Shown one piece after another: positions 53,094 through 64,000 of a stretch of 64,000 bases of DNA. The stretch spans positions 42,410,001 to 42,474,000 of the forward strand of contig NC_045697.1 of NCBI RefSeq assembly GCF_009834535.1, written 5' to 3'. The DNA is from Camelus ferus (lineage: Eukaryota). Position numbers and translations under genes: made by a program. How positions within the stretch are numbered: position 1 is the first letter of the stretch; each line of letters starts with the position of its first letter. Under the pieces are notes generated by a model. The model saw only the letters and a program-made list of their open reading frames with translations, did not search any database and was not told where the DNA came from.

Positions 53094-53545
53094 AATGAGG
53101 AGTAGCTACAAGTGAGGCCACAAAGGTAGACAGGGGTCCTACGATCAAGCGCCTTGTATTCAAGTGCTACAAAGTTTAGGATGTATCCATTAGGTCCCAT
53201 ACTATAAGAAAGGGGTTGGGAAAAGAAAACAAAGTCAAGACGTAACTATGAAGTAGGATTAACGGGACATGATGACAAATTAGACTTGACAAGAGGAGAG
53301 AGCCTTGACTCCCAGGTTTCTGTCTTGGGAATATATTATATGTGTTGCATGAAGTTAATATTTTGGGGGCTAGATAAACTGAAATTCATCACATATTACC
53401 AGGAGGAAAATGGCACCCAGGCTTAGAGCATTGGTATTATTTCTGACTCAGTCATACATTTTTAAATACCTACATAAATAATGCATCATCTCTGTGTTCC
53501 CTTAGCACAATAATAATAGCACACTATTAATAATAATAAAACTAC

Positions 53546-53899
53546 TGTTAAAAGATAAACTTAGGTAGGTTAAATTTTTGAAGAGTTTATTTGAGCATAC
53601 TTCAGTTAAAATTAGGCAGCACCAAACTGAAAGTGATTGGGGTGCTCTAGGAAAAAGGGTTTTACAGAGCAGATGAAGAAGCAATGCAAGAAGTTATTTG
53701 ATTAGCCATAGCTTAAGCGGCTGCCTTATTTGGGAAAGCTTAGTTGGCTCTTTGAGATTGGTTGTCCTCCTATTTCCATTTCTTGACCTTGAGGCATTTG
53801 CAAGAATAGACTGTAGCTTAGGTTTTGGTTTGTTTACATAGGCTGCCAAGGCATTAGAGCCAGCTTGGTCTAATGGCCTCCTTGTTACTTACTTTAACA
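53546..53899 (-). mobile_element. ERV1 (MER4-group-like) solo LTR with 4-bp TSD
   Basis: TGTTAAA...TTTAACA inverted termini; TSD CTAC at 53542-53545 and 53900-53903; tttatt (AATAAA on minus) near 53586. Confidence 0.88.
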
Positions 53900-54530
53900 C
53901 TACTCCTTTCTGAAGCTTAGCGTGAGAGTCATATTAACAGGAGAAATCTAAATTCTTCATACCGAGAACAGATTGATTTTTAGAAGAAAATTAAGATGCA
54001 TAAGGTGTGTTTGTGCTTAGGTAAATTCCGAAAGAAAGGAGCTTCAGTCATTGTTGGGGGAGAGCCTGAAGGAAAGTCAAAGCATCCACCAACTCACTGT
54101 GACTCCGGAGGGCAGATTCCCTCCCATCCCTTCAGACCAGGAGACTCCAAGCAGAAGTAAGGCTCCCGGCAGCTGAAATCTGCTACAGGGCACCTGATAA
54201 AACACATGAAAAACTCTGGGGCCACTACTCCCTTAAGATTCTCCCCTCACATGGAGAGAGTTGGAATCTCCCCAGGAAGGGGCCAGGACCCACGGAAGGG
54301 GAGTACTTGATGAGGATACTTGAGGGAAGGAGACAGTGAGAGAGAGCAAATTGGGACTGAAGATGAGAATGAGTCTTAGAATAAGGCTTCATCACACTTC
54401 TGCAGAACACAGGAGCAAATTTAACTAAGTAACAGTAAAACTCCCACCTTCCAATTTTATACTGCTTTTAGATATTTATCTCAACATTTCAGTTGAAAAA
54501 AAAGAAACAAAACAAAACTGTCTTACCATA

Positions 54531-55059
54531 TGTTGGTTCACAACGTCAGGACTGCTCCCAGATGAATTCAAAACTGGCCCCAAATACGGAGGGCACGAAG
54601 AGACTGCAAAAAAGAGGCAGACCCTTTCGGCTGGCTCGCCAGTCATTGGTTGGCACCCTCGGGAGATTTCCCAGGTGAAATCTCAAACTGGCCCTTGTTC
54701 ACGGAGGTCAGGGAGAGGAATTGGCAGCCACACCAGGTAGGTGGCAGGCTTGATAAGCAAGGGAACTTACAAACGAGGCTTGCCTTGAGTGGCTGCAAGA
54801 CAGTACATCGCATACGCCCGCCCAGATCGGAAGAGTTATCATAGAGGGCTTAACGGGGTTCAGTCACGCGTACTGCCCAGAAGGTCTTAGCCACACCTTG
54901 CTCTCTCAAGGCTGCATCCTTGAAAATGGCTCCCACTGTGGGAATGGTGGGCAGAAGTTTCATTTCAAGGACAGGGGAGGGGGCGAGGAGCCTCCGACTG
55001 CCCTGGTCCAGGTCACAGGTCAACCGGCAGTCACGTCCTCTCGCTGACCTCCTCCCACA
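54531..55059 (-). mobile_element. CpG-rich solo LTR
   Basis: TGT...ACA termini; flanks CCATA (54526-54530) and CCATG (55060-55064), a 5-bp TSD with one mismatch; about 20 CpGs. Orientation inferred from decayed TATA and poly(A) motifs. Confidence 0.8.
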
Positions 55060-55123
55060 CCATGGAACACAAGAGTCAGAAGAGAGGTAGCATTCAAGAA
55101 GTCTGCTGCGTGACTTCCTGAGT

Positions 55124-55187
55124 ATGGCTTTCTGGTCATCATCGACCTTGCTCTTTGGCACTAGTAGGGCCATAGTTTCTGCAGAAG
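55124..55187 (+). CDS. Candidate coding exon 1 of a small unannotated peptide (MAFWSSSTLLFGTSRAIVSAE, phase 1)
   Basis: Strong Kozak AGTATGG; donor AAG|gtatta; the length and phase-1 intron are typical of signal-peptide exons. Confidence 0.35.
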
Positions 55188-56559
55188 GTATTAAGAAATA
55201 CTCTCTGTACTTCTACTATGTAACATGAGAGAATGACTGTCAATTTTGAATATTAAAGTGCAATGATTATTGTAGATGCTCAATTAAAATAACTAATCAG
55301 ACAAGAGTTACTGTTTTCCAAAGCTATTTGAATTATAGCTTTGATTTAATTTTAAAAGTTAATAAACTTTTGTGTTTTTATTCAACTGTCACACACTTTG
55401 TCTTAAAATATAATAAATAATATGTGATTTTTCTAGAGATTAGAGTAAAAGAACACACTTTTACATTATGACCAAAACAAATTCTCAACATTTATATTAA
55501 AATTGCAAATCTGATGAACTAGAAAAATGTTGATGGATTATTTCTAAATGTATTAGTCACTTACACTGTTTCTAAAAGTATTAGTTACTTACCTGTTTGC
55601 AATTTTTCTGTATCTACATTACAAATCCATTGAGGGCAGAAAAATATCTTTGTATCCCTTTCGTTCCCTGCAAATTATGGACACTGAATAACACTGGAAC
55701 AAATTAGAGATAATGCTGATATGTTACACCTAAATTACAGGAACAAGGAAAATGAAACTGATAAAAGGAAATAGTAAGGCAAGATGATTTTCAACAAATT
55801 GGGCTATCCAGAATTGCAAGTCTGCAAATGAGTTCTTATTCCCTAACAAAATATATTTTATAGCTTTGAAAAGTCTTCTATTAAACAACACTGTTAATTT
55901 GTTCTGGTGATTCTTTAAAACGGCTCTTACAGAACCACAGTCGTGAGAGTTGAACCCAGGTATTATGCTGGTAACATGGGATAATGGTGTTGATATTTTT
56001 ATACGTTCTAAATTTGTGCTGCTGATAAAGAATTTATTGTGGAAGCTAAAAATCTAATACCTCATATATACTGCGTCAGAGGCAGAATTGCTACTTATAT
56101 TGCAAAGTGTTACGGCTATTTTTAAAATGGCTTTTCTATATCTTAATTCTTATTCTAATTGCTTTGTCATTTTTTTTTCTTGCTGATTCTTTGCCAAAAA
56201 TATAACATGCCATTTCAACTGAGAGGCTCAAATTATTACCAATTTTGGAAGTTTTATGCAGATTAGGCAAAACAATGTGTTTTGTGCACATGGTAATCAG
56301 GTTCAAAGTGTTCTCAATGACAAGTCTCATTCTTTGAGAATTTTCCCTTCTATGTATTAGAAAAATCGAAGCATAAATGCTACCGTGATATCTGATTTCA
56401 ATACCAACCATGCCCCCTTCCAAATTTCCTTATCCCTTAATCTCACATTAAGGATTATAAAAGCAAATTAGATTAAAATTTACAAATAGTTAATATATTA
56501 ATGTTTTCAATAAATCCATAAAATACAGAGCCTATAATTTCCCATATGGTAATTTATCT

Positions 56560-57700
56560 TCTGTTTTATTGAAGTATAGTTGATGTACAGTATTATGTTA
56601 CTTTCAGGTGTACAACAGAGTTATTCAACATTTAAATATATTACAAAGTGATCATCATGATGTCCGATAGCCATCTGTCATCATCCAAAATTACTACAGT
56701 AATTACAACTATCTTTCTCATGCTGTCTATTACATCCCTGTGACTTATCTATTTTATAACTGGAAGTTTTTACCTATTAATCCCCATCACTTATTTCACC
56801 CAACCCTCCACTCCCTTCCCTCCGGCAACCACTGATTTGCTCTGTATCTATGACTTTCTTTCTATTTTGTTTTGTTTGTTCATTTGCTTTATTTTTTAGA
56901 TTCCACATATAAGTGAAATCATTTGTCTTTCTCTGTCTAACTTATTCACTTAGCATAATACCTTCTAGGTCCATCCATGTTGTCCCAAACTGCAAGATTT
57001 CAATCTTTTTTATGGTTGACTAGTATTCCATTGTATGTATATACACCATATCTGCTTTATCCATTCATCTGTTGATGGACACTTAGGTTGTTTCCATATC
57101 TTGGCTAGTTGTGCTGCAATGAACATAAAAGTGCATACATCTTTTTGAACTAGTATTTTTGTTTTCTTCACACAAATACCCAGAACTGGAATTGCTGGAC
57201 CATGTGGTAGTTCTATTTTTAAAGTTTTGAGGAACCTCCATACAGTTTTCCATAATGGCTGCACCAATTTACATTTCCTTTAACACTGCACGAGGGTTCC
57301 CTTTTCTTCATGTCTTCACCAACACTTGTTATTTGTTGTCTCTTTGATGATAGCCATTCTGATAGGTGTGCAGCAGTATCTCAATGTGGTTTTGTGCTGC
57401 ATTTACCTGATGATTAGTAACATTGAGCATCTTTTCATGTGTCTGCTGCCATTTGAATGTCTCCTTTAGAGAAATATCTACTCAGGTTCTCTGACCATTT
57501 TTAAATCAGATTATTTGGGGGTTTTCGATATTGAATTGTATGAGTTCTTCATATAATTTGGATATTAATCCCTTACTGAATATACCATTTGTAAAGATAT
57601 ACTCCCATTCAGTAGGGTGCCTTTTCATTATGCTGATGGTTTCCTTCACTGAGCAAAAGTTTTTAGTTTGTTGTAGTCCATTGTTTATTTTTGCCTTCCA
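56560..57700 (-). mobile_element. L1 3' fragment (ORF2 end plus 3' UTR), older subfamily
   Basis: Minus ORF 57010-57267 reads [29 protein letters not shown]...[14 protein letters not shown]; frameshifted. Confidence 0.92.
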
Positions 57701-57779
57701 TTTGTGGTTCCTCGTTTATGGAGTTCTACTTCCTCTTCCTTGCTCATCTTGCTATCATAGATTTTTCCAGAGCTTTTTA

Positions 57780-59260
57780 TAGAATGTGTGGGAACTAGAT
57801 AAAACAAAACAAGCAACATATTGATATCTGTTGAAACTGGATGATGGCACATGGGGGATTTATTATGCTACTCTCTCCACTTTTGAGCATATTTAAATTT
57901 TGCTATGATAAGAGTTTAGCTCTGTCTACTGAAAAGGTAGACCACACCTAGTGTCAGACTGTGGGCTCTAAATATCATTCACCAATAAAAATTAAAAAAT
58001 AATTGCAGTCCTTACTGAAATGACCAGATTCAGGTTCAGGTCAGGAAATTTATGAGATGAACCTTAGATATCTTGTTGTGACAAAAAAACAAAGAAGCCA
58101 GCAAACTATAACAGGGTTATATCAGAAAGACATAAGAGCCAGGTTATCATAAGATTCCATCCAAAGGTGGAATAATTTGAGCATAAAAACAATAACTTTA
58201 ATTCACTGAAGATAATTTATAAAAATATGTGAGTCATAATAGTATTCCAAAAGAGAGAACAAGAGAGCAAAAATAAAAACTTAACAAAAATTCATCAGGA
58301 ATCATTGGAAATAGTTAGAGCACTAATTTGTTATTTTAAAAATGGCAATTAAACATAATGAAATAAGCTTTTATCCCATCAATCCTGTGTAATATGTTTA
58401 AAATAGTCCTATTTGATAAAGGAAAATTACTTAGAGAAAACTTCCAGAAAATAAATGTAAAAGAAATGATAGAATGAGAAGAACCCATTAGGATAAAAAC
58501 TGATAGGAAACTTTGACAATGGGAGGATCATGAAAAACCAGTGTTCAAACTTAAACATCACTGAAAGTTGGGCAACCACTTACTATGTGCCGTTAGGTAG
58601 GATGTGTCAGAGAGTAAACAGCACAAGTAGTCCTGCTGAAAGAAAATTCAATTTGAATTTAATTAAAGCTTTCAGACCAACTTCTAGTTTAAGAAATATA
58701 GGGGATAGAAGCAAGTTAAACAATACCACAGGAAGCAAAAACACAAGGAAATAAGCAGACAAATGCAGGATGTTAATCATTCCTCAAGACCAATGATCCA
58801 GTTTCTCCAATAAATCAATGGCAAAGGGGAAAAAAAGAGGTGAGACTGTTTTAGATTAAAATAGAGCAAATAATATCAGTGTGATAACAACCGTGAATCT
58901 TTTCTGCTTCCTAAATCAAATATATCAACCATGAAAAGAGATTTTTGATGAAATTAGAGAAACTTAAATATGGACTACATATTAAATGATATTAAGAAAA
59001 CACGTTGATTGAATTTAAAATGATCGTAGCAGTGTGTTTATGTTAGAAACAAATCTTTATTTTTTAGTGGTACATATTGAAGGATTTATGGATAACATTA
59101 CCTTGTGTCAGAAATCAATCTTAAACATAACAGAAAAAAAGAAGGCGGAAGGAAAGAACTGGTAGATAAAACAAGGATGGCAAATATTGATAATTATTCA
59201 ATCTGGTGATGGAAATATGGTTCATTATTCAACCTGCTCCACTTTGGGGTAACTTAGAGA
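57780..59260 (+). mobile_element. Ancient L1M (L1MC/ME-like) 3' region fragments
   Basis: Repeated gatatctgttgaaactggatgatgg...attatgctactctctccacttttg motifs at ~57820 and ~59190, plus intervening L1M-like text. Confidence 0.55.
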
Positions 59261-59574
59261 AGTGTACAGTTTTTTATTCTTATCTGGTACCTAAATTTGG
59301 TCTTTTGAAGTTTGATGTAAGTAATAAGGTGCCCAAAATAGCTCAATTCTCCACTGAATATGGGTGGATATTAAATTTTTAATGACAAGAATTTCCAAGA
59401 GTGTAGAATTAAAGACCTCTCTGGACAAAGGGCAAAAAGTTCAACCTCACTTGGAAACATTCCCTTCACCTCCCAATGCTTTATTGTGTAGAGGTTAAAG
59501 TGTTGGAAGAGAGTATTGGACGGAGACAAGATGATTATCTGATTATCTATCTACACAATTATTATAGAACTCTA

Positions 59575-59949
59575 TTGTAAAGAATTTTCTGTAACTAGAT
59601 AGATAGACAGACAGATATTTATTATAAGGAATTTGCTCACGTGATTATGGAGGCTGAGAAGTTCTGCAGTCAGCAAGCTGGGAAACCCAGGAAAACTGAT
59701 GGTGTATGTTCCAGTTTGAGGGCACAAAAACCTATATTGCTTCTCAACCAAGTTTCCTCTTACTCACATTTTTTTCCTATTTGATGAGGCCCACACATAT
59801 GAAGGAGGGCAATCTGCTTTACTTAGTCCAGCAGTTCAGATGTTAATCTCATCCAGAAACACCCTCACAGACACCTCCAGAAAAATGGTTGACCAGCTAT
59901 CTGGACATCCCTTAGCTCAGTAGAGTTGGCATGTAAAATTGATCATCAT
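59575..59949 (-). mobile_element. MLT2-family LTR
   Basis: atttattataaggaatttgctcacgtgattatggaggctgagaag...aaacaccctcacagacac...aaaattgatcatcata; reverse orientation relative to the 48.6-kb MLT2. Confidence 0.8.
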
Positions 59950-60154
59950 ACTCTTGATATAGTACATTGCTTGGATCCCAGAGCATGGAAAATGCTATGT
60001 GGTAGGAAAAGAAAACTTCCTTCAAGTCTAGCCTCCTATGATTTTACTTTGTATTAAACTAGGATAGGGCAATGTGTCTGGTTGTTCAATATAAACTTCT
60101 CTCCCTGCTGTCCTCTAATGTTTCCTTTGTTCATCTTCTTGCTCTTTGTTACAG

Positions 60155-60188
60155 GTCTTCCTTCTCCCACTATCAAAGACAGTGCATG
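60155..60188 (+). CDS. Candidate coding exon 2 (34 nt; (G)LPSPTIKDSA(W))
   Basis: Textbook acceptor: branch-like CTAAT ~60115, ~30-nt pyrimidine tract, tacag|G. Donor ATG|gtactg is moderate. Confidence 0.4.
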
Positions 60189-60734
60189 GTACTGTAATGA
60201 CAACTAAAACGTTTGATGTTGTTTCTTTATATGTTCATGAAAAATTCTTGAGTTCTCCCAATATATTTATTTATAAATTATATACATGCAAGTAAAATAT
60301 ATTGAACAGATGAACTAGAATATTTGTGAACAGCTATTTTATTTATTGAGCATGAAAACATTTTGCTCTCACTAATAATAATTACTTTAGTGAGATGAAT
60401 ATTCTTAGAAAGAACAATGTAAATATTTCATTATTCTTGAAAATATTGTTTTAATACTTTGTAATATAGCAATTTGACAGGTCTTAAGTCCATTTTATTC
60501 AAACACTTGGATTTAATAGTTTTTTTAGCTGAAAAATATACCACATAAAAATATTTAGATTTCACTGCAAAAAAGTACATCATTAACTTTGTTAATTAAA
60601 ATAAGTCCATTCAATCTACTAATTAGGCGAACATTTTTATTAAAAATCGAAGGGTAAATTTTGATCTTCTATGATTTCAATCAATAAAATCCTGCAAAAT
60701 GAATCAAGTTACTTTTTATATTTTTCATAAGCAG

Positions 60735-60808
60735 GTTCAAAACCATTGGAACTCTTCACATGGAAGATTTTTTAAATGGGTTAAGAAAATCTGTTTCCAA
60801 ATTTTCAG
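60735..60808 (+). CDS. Candidate coding exon 3 (74 nt; FKTIGTLHMEDFLNGLRKSVSKFS)
   Basis: ttttatatttttcataagcag|G acceptor; strong donor CAG|gtatgt; phase-compatible with the previous exon (TG+G = Trp). Confidence 0.45.
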
Positions 60809-60835
60809 GTATGTATAGAGAGTTTCACCAAGTGA

Positions 60836-61222
60836 TACATATTGCAGTTTAAATTCTCAGAAAGCAGACATTTATGATTTGGGGGAGAAGATCTTTTTCA
60901 AGGACCAAAAGCTGTGAAGAGAAGAGAGAAGAAGCCAAATGGGGCAGGGGAAGAAGTAGAACTTCCATGGAGCCAACAATGCCTAGACTATCCCCTTAAC
61001 AGGGAAGTCTGGAACAATTGTGTCCTGCATTGGTCAAAAAGGGCTGAACCTTCATACTTTCATCCCACATTACTCAGTCACCATATGTCCCAGGAGAGGT
61101 AGCTCTGTAGATGAGGCTGACCTTGAAGCAGTCACTGCAGGACACAGTCTGCTGACCTCGGTCCTCACATCTGGGCAGCAAGTCCTTCTTTAATCTGGTC
61201 AGCACATCTCAGTATCTCCCAT
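60836..61222. mobile_element. Ancient ERVL-type LTR fragment
   Basis: aaattctcagaaagcagac...ggggcaggggaagaagtagaact...agctctgtagatgaggctgacc, LTR16/33-like; highly diverged. Confidence 0.4.
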
Positions 61223-61789
61223 ACACTTACACCACATAGAGATGGAAATATTTCCAAACACTCATTGTTTTCAAATGTTCTCTTCATCATACAACTTCCT
61301 TCAAAAAAATACTAATTTTCTTTTTTGTTATAATGCTACATTTACCTTGAATGAGCAGATTAAGTGAATTTTTTCAATTACTGTTATCTGATAGGTAGCA
61401 GGTAGTGAAATAGCTTAATAGACAGCCATGCTTGTTATATCAGAACCTTTACCATTTTTTAAAGAAAAATGGAAACTTTATCTTTTCTTTTGAAGAAAAA
61501 TGTATACTGATCTATAAATTCAACTCTTTCAAAGTCTTTGGCATAAAATAACCACCCCCATCTCATTGTAGTACAAAAGATTTCCATAATCATGCCACCT
61601 CTGATTGCAATGTTTAAAGTTTTTATTACAGGTTTAAAATTGTTATTTTTATTAAATCAATTATGTTGCTGACACCGCTATGCATGTGTGACTCCAATTT
61701 TACTGTAAGTGTTTATAAATGATAGAGTGAATGAATTTGCCATCCGTGAAACTCATCTATAACTTAGGAATACTTTTTTTTAATTCTAG

Positions 61790-61815
61790 GCAATGCAGCT
61801 TGGTTATGCATATGA
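61790..61815 (+). CDS. Possible terminal coding exon ((G)NAAWLCI*)
   Basis: tttttttttaattctag|G acceptor; stop at 61813-61815; AATAAA at 61938 and 62177. An alternative acceptor exists at 61632. Confidence 0.2.
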
Positions 61816-62343
61816 TGTTTGTAGAAAACAGTGTTTTGATTAAGGAAGTTATTTAGTATTGAGAAAGTTCTTTTCTGGTTCGTATTCTTTAGTGACTTAC
61901 ATAAAAAGTAGAGCTTTTTTGTGGACTTAATTATTGAAATAAAATCTAGCAAATAACACAAGCTTAAACTTTAGAGAAATATTGGTACTTTACTATATAG
62001 CATGACCTCCTTTACTGTGAAATTTGTTGTAAGTAGCATTTTTCATAACCTGAGCAATGTTCACTATAACATCTTCTGATACTTCTTGCTATAAAAGAAG
62101 TCCCTGTTGGTTTGGTGTATTATTTTAGGCCTTTTACTACAACAGACTGAACAACTCTTTGTTGCGTTTGCATTTAAATAAAAAATATTAAAGGAGCCTC
62201 ATGGTATTTTCATTAATTTTTAGCAAAATTTAATGAAGTTCTGGATTGAGTATAACTTCTAACATTGCAAAATAGTCATAGAATTTGTCTCCATGTTCTA
62301 GGTATTTAGTATTAAAATGTCTAATCATTAGCCTAATGTCTCA

Positions 62344-64000
62344 TATACAGAAGAAACTTTAAAAAATCCATTTTTATATATAGTGGCTAACATCTGTAAA
62401 TCTCAAACTCTCAAATTTACCCCTTCCCACCCCCTTTCCCCAGTAACCATAAGATTGTTTACTATGTCTGTGAATCTGTTTCTCTTTTGTAGATGAGTTC
62501 ATAGTGTCCTTCTTCTTTCTGTGTTTTTTGTTTTTTGTTTTTTTTTTAGATTCCATATATGAGTGATATAATATAGTATTTTTCTTTCTCTTTCTGGCTT
62601 ACTTCACTTAGAATGATGATCTCTAGGTCCATCCATGTTGCTGCAAATGGCATTTTATTATTTTTAATGGCTGAGTAGTATTTCATTGTATAAATATACC
62701 ACATCTTCTTTATCCAGTCATCTGTCAAAGGACATTTAGGTTCTTCAATGTCTTGCTATTGTATATAGTGCTGCTATGAACATTGGGGTGCATGTATCTT
62801 TTTTCATTAGCGTTCCCTCTGGACATACACCCAGAAGTGGGATTGCTGGATCATATGGTAAGTCTATTTTTAGTCCTTTGAGGAATCTTCATACTGTTTT
62901 CCATAATGTCTGCACCAAACTACATTCCAACCAACAGTGTAGGAGGGTTCCCTTTCCTCCACACCCTCTCCAGCATTATTGTTCGTGGACTTTTGAATGA
63001 TGTCTATTCTGACTGGTGTGAGGTGATACCTCATTGTAGTTTCGATTTGCATTTCTCTGATAATTAGTGATAGTGAGTATTTTTTCATGTGCCTAGTGGC
63101 CATTTGTATGTTTTCATTGGAGAATTGCTTGTTTAGGTTTTCTGCCCATTTTTCAATTGGGTTGTTTGGGGTTTTTTTTGTTATTAAGTTGTATGAAATG
63201 TTTATGTATTCTGGAAATCTTTCTTTGTCAGTCACATCATTTGCAAATATTTACTCCCATTCCGTAAGTTGTTGTTTTGTCTTGCTTATGGTTTCCTTTG
63301 CTATGCAAAAGCTTTTAAGTTTAATTAGGTCCCATTTTTTAATATTTGCTTTTATTTCTATTGCCTGGGTAGACTGCCCTAGGAGAACATTACTAAGATT
63401 TATGTCAGAGAATGTCTTGCCTATGTTTTCTTCTAGGGGATTTATCATGTCTTGTTATATTTAAGTCTTTAAGCCATTTTGAGTTTATTTTTGTGCATAG
63501 AGTGAGGGAGTGTTCTAACTTCATTGATTTACATTCTGCTATCCAGTTTTCCCAACACCACTTGCTGAAGAGACTGTCTTTTCTCCATTGTATATTCTTG
63601 CTTCCTTTGTCGAAGATTAATTGACCATAGGTCTGTGGGTTTATTTCTGGGCTGGGCTCTCTATTCTGTTCCATTGATCCATATGTCTGTTTTTATGCTA
63701 ATACCATGCTATTTTGATTACATAGCTCTGTAATAATGTCTGAAGTCAGGGAGGGTATTTCCTCCAGCTTCATTCTTTTTCTTCAGTATTGCTTTGGCAA
63801 TTTCAGGTCTTTTGTGATTCAATATAAATTTTAGGGTTGTTTGTTCTAGTTCTGTGAAAAATGTCCTGGGTAATTTGATAGGGATTGCATTAAATCTGTA
63901 GATTGCCTTTGACAGTATGGCTGTTTTAGCGATATTGATTATTCCAATCCAAGAGCATGGATATCCTTCCATTTCTTCAACTCATCTTTAATTTCCTTAA
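62344..64000 (-). mobile_element. L1 (ORF2 3' part plus 3' UTR), frameshifted, runs off the window end
   Basis: Broken minus-strand ORFs: [76 protein letters not shown]. Confidence 0.95.

Noticed and set aside
1..64000. Assigning a gene symbol to the minus-strand gene; tRNA, rRNA or snRNA genes
   Set aside because: MAQM and MNHS are too short to identify a gene, and I saw no recognisable structural RNA gene.

Overview
AT-rich mammalian genomic DNA, roughly half of it transposon-derived. Camelid origin is inferred from the style of the young L1 3' UTRs and the absence of young SINEs. I recognise no named host protein-coding gene. Best-supported elements: (1) a young 5'-truncated L1 (45017-47512) with an uninterrupted ORF2 RT/C-terminal frame and a target-site duplication (TSD); (2) a complete MLT1A-type MaLR provirus (14643-16788) with both LTRs and a perfect 5-bp TSD; (3) an old, internally deleted gammaretrovirus-like ERV (~29638-32905) nested in an L2, whose 5' LTR is a CpG island while the surviving 3' LTR stub has lost its CpGs; (4) a cluster of solo LTRs at 51-55 kb. 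Splice signals suggest two unannotated transcription units. One is a minus-strand gene with alternative first exons (TATA-driven 'MAQM' exon at 25.3 kb; E-box/CRE/AP-1 'MNHS' exon at 3.7 kb). The other is a plus-strand 3-4 exon model (55124-61815) that splices in frame to a ~65-aa peptide, starting just downstream of a solo LTR. Repeat family names are from memory of consensus sequences, not a database search, and boundaries of old repeats are approximate.
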